DNA of 64,000 nucleotides from the NCBI GenBank assembly GCA_030141605.1, contig JAQGDQ010000159.1, forward strand, positions 409,727 to 473,726. Direction: 5' to 3'. The notes under the pieces are model-generated. The model saw only the letters and a list, made by a program, of their open reading frames with translations, made no database searches and was not told the DNA's origin. The position numbers and the translations under genes are program-made. This stretch comes from Tubiluchus corallicola. Lineage: Eukaryota > Animalia > Priapulida. Below are positions 62,518 to 64,000 of this stretch, in pieces. The first letter of the stretch is position 1. Every line of letters begins with the position of its first letter.

Positions 62518-63864
62518 ATGGGCTCAGATAGCAGCGAAGTTGTGACAATGTTAGAAAATACAACTTTTGAAGAACCAGTGCTAATAGCGTTTCAGGTCAA
62601 AATTCTGTTGTTATGTTTACTAGCAGTATTTTGTTTATTGACTGTGGTCTGCAACATTCTATTGCTGACTACAATTTGTGTCTCTTACAGTCTCAGGACG
62701 CCACCTAACGCTCATTTAGCAAATATTTGCGTGAACAGTCTGTTTATTGCAGTTAGTATGATGTTAGCGTTTGCATCAATGATAGGAATCCCTGCTAGTG
62801 TTACTTCAACATTACGCCATATCCGTGTCCAACTGTGCACAAACTCTTTGCTACAATACTGGTTTACATTTACTGTAATAGCGTTATATAGATACAAAGT
62901 CCTCAGGCATCCCACAATGCCATTTTTGCAACGCAAAATCCTAGTACGTCGTTCCATATTAGTAGCTTGGCTATTATCGCTGTCGCTGAGTACCAGTGTT
63001 GTCACGTGTAATGACGGGAACGCTCTGTTTTTTTCTTGGTGCTCGTTTGCTGATACCGAAAAATGCAGAGTCGAACTTGGCGACGGCCGCGGTTGCAGTG
63101 CGATAGTCGGCTACTGCGTGGCGCTAGTGTTCATGTTATGTTTAATTTCAATGGCGATATCTTTTCGCAAGATTTACAAGACCTTGAATCTTTCCTCCAA
63201 CCGAAATCGTGTGAACCCATTGAGCCGGTTTGCCGCTGTCCCTACAGTCAGTGAAGGTGTGACACCCGAGTATTACCATATCGAAAACAATGATTTGATG
63301 GCTATGAGAGAGGAACTCCCACGCAGACGTCAGTACCTTGTTCAAAGTAGTGGCGGATGGGTACAAGCTACATACAACGGCGACACCAAACGGATACGCT
63401 ACAAGAATAACCGCCAGGAGTCGACACAAACAGAAGATTCTCGTAGCAACCAACAGCAGATGCAGCTAAACAGTGGCAAAGCACGCCTTAGCAACACTAC
63501 TGAATTTAGCGATATAACCCAAGGAGCATCGTTGTACCAACAACGTGTTGCAAAAGCCAAATTTGCAGTCCGTCGCCAAAAAGAAACACTTTTTAGCGCT
63601 GCCAAAAACAGCCTCATCATGATCTTAATTTTCCTCCTTTGTGGAGGACCACTTTTTGTTTCGTCATTTCCCGGCGTGCATCATAATCTTTCGAAAAGCG
63701 AAACAAAGACTACTTTATTGTTCTGTCAACTCATATTCTTTTTAAATGGGCCGGCTTATTCTCTTTGGTACTTGCTCTTTAGTAAGAAAGTGCGCACTTG
63801 CCTTTTTAAATTAAAAGAAACCATTAGTGATTTAGCTGGCAACCAGTGTGGGTCGTCTTCATGA
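62518..63864 (+). CDS. Class A (rhodopsin-like) orphan GPCR, single coding exon, 448 aa
   Basis: Seven hydrophobic segments, N-terminal NTT sequon, TM1 CN, ICL1 LRTPPN, TM3 IALYRY, TM4 W, ~130-aa ICL3, TM6 FLLCGGP, and TM7/helix 8 ..WYLLFSKKVR. Acceptor TTTTAG just upstream (~62484) suggests 5'-UTR intron(s). Confidence 0.85.
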   Translation: MGSDSSEVVTMLENTTFEEPVLIAFQVKILLLCLLAVFCLLTVVCNILLLTTICVSYSLRTPPNAHLANICVNSLFIAVSMMLAFASMIGIPASVTSTLRHIRVQLCTNSLLQYWFTFTVIALYRYKVLRHPTMPFLQRKILVRRSILVAWLLSLSLSTSVVTCNDGNALFFSWCSFADTEKCRVELGDGRGCSAIVGYCVALVFMLCLISMAISFRKIYKTLNLSSNRNRVNPLSRFAAVPTVSEGVTPEYYHIENNDLMAMREELPRRRQYLVQSSGGWVQATYNGDTKRIRYKNNRQESTQTEDSRSNQQQMQLNSGKARLSNTTEFSDITQGASLYQQRVAKAKFAVRRQKETLFSAAKNSLIMILIFLLCGGPLFVSSFPGVHHNLSKSETKTTLLFCQLIFFLNGPAYSLWYLLFSKKVRTCLFKLKETISDLAGNQCGSSS

Positions 63865-64000
63865 AGGTAATGGCTAGAATGGCTAGACATTACCTTTTTC
63901 TGTTTGTACTAAAACGAAATGCCCAGTCTGTATTATTTTAATCTAGATATTCTTTTAGTTGTATTTTTTATAGTTTGGTACTCTGGATACTAGGATTGAG

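Overview
AT-rich genomic DNA from an invertebrate-type animal with spliceosomal introns; the species cannot be determined from sequence alone. I reconstructed six protein-coding genes by hand, with GT-AG junctions that keep frame: (1) a 5'-partial DRAM/TMEM150-family gene (+, 2105-6585) with an apparent U12-type intron; (2) an SLC16/monocarboxylate-transporter-like MFS gene (+, 11015-19691); (3) a CYP2-clan cytochrome P450 (-, 21664-25905) whose middle exons probably lie in a 605-N gap, followed by a decayed copy of its 3' end; (4) a 9-exon cuticlin-like ZP-domain membrane protein (+, 30509-45549); (5) an intronless CTU2 CDS (-, 34801-36234) nested in ZP intron 4, head-to-head with a tRNA-Arg(ACG) gene; (6) an intronless, motif-divergent class A GPCR (+, 62518-63864). 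The rest is repeat-rich: hAT and pogo-like MITEs, foldback-like elements, a decayed Academ-like transposon, a Ty3/Gypsy element lacking PR-RT-RH with mosaic LTRs, LINE remnants, and mini/microsatellites. I found no clear new multi-gene system. The strongest leads are the nested CTU2/tRNA module, the U12 intron with a competing acceptor, and the divergent GPCR.
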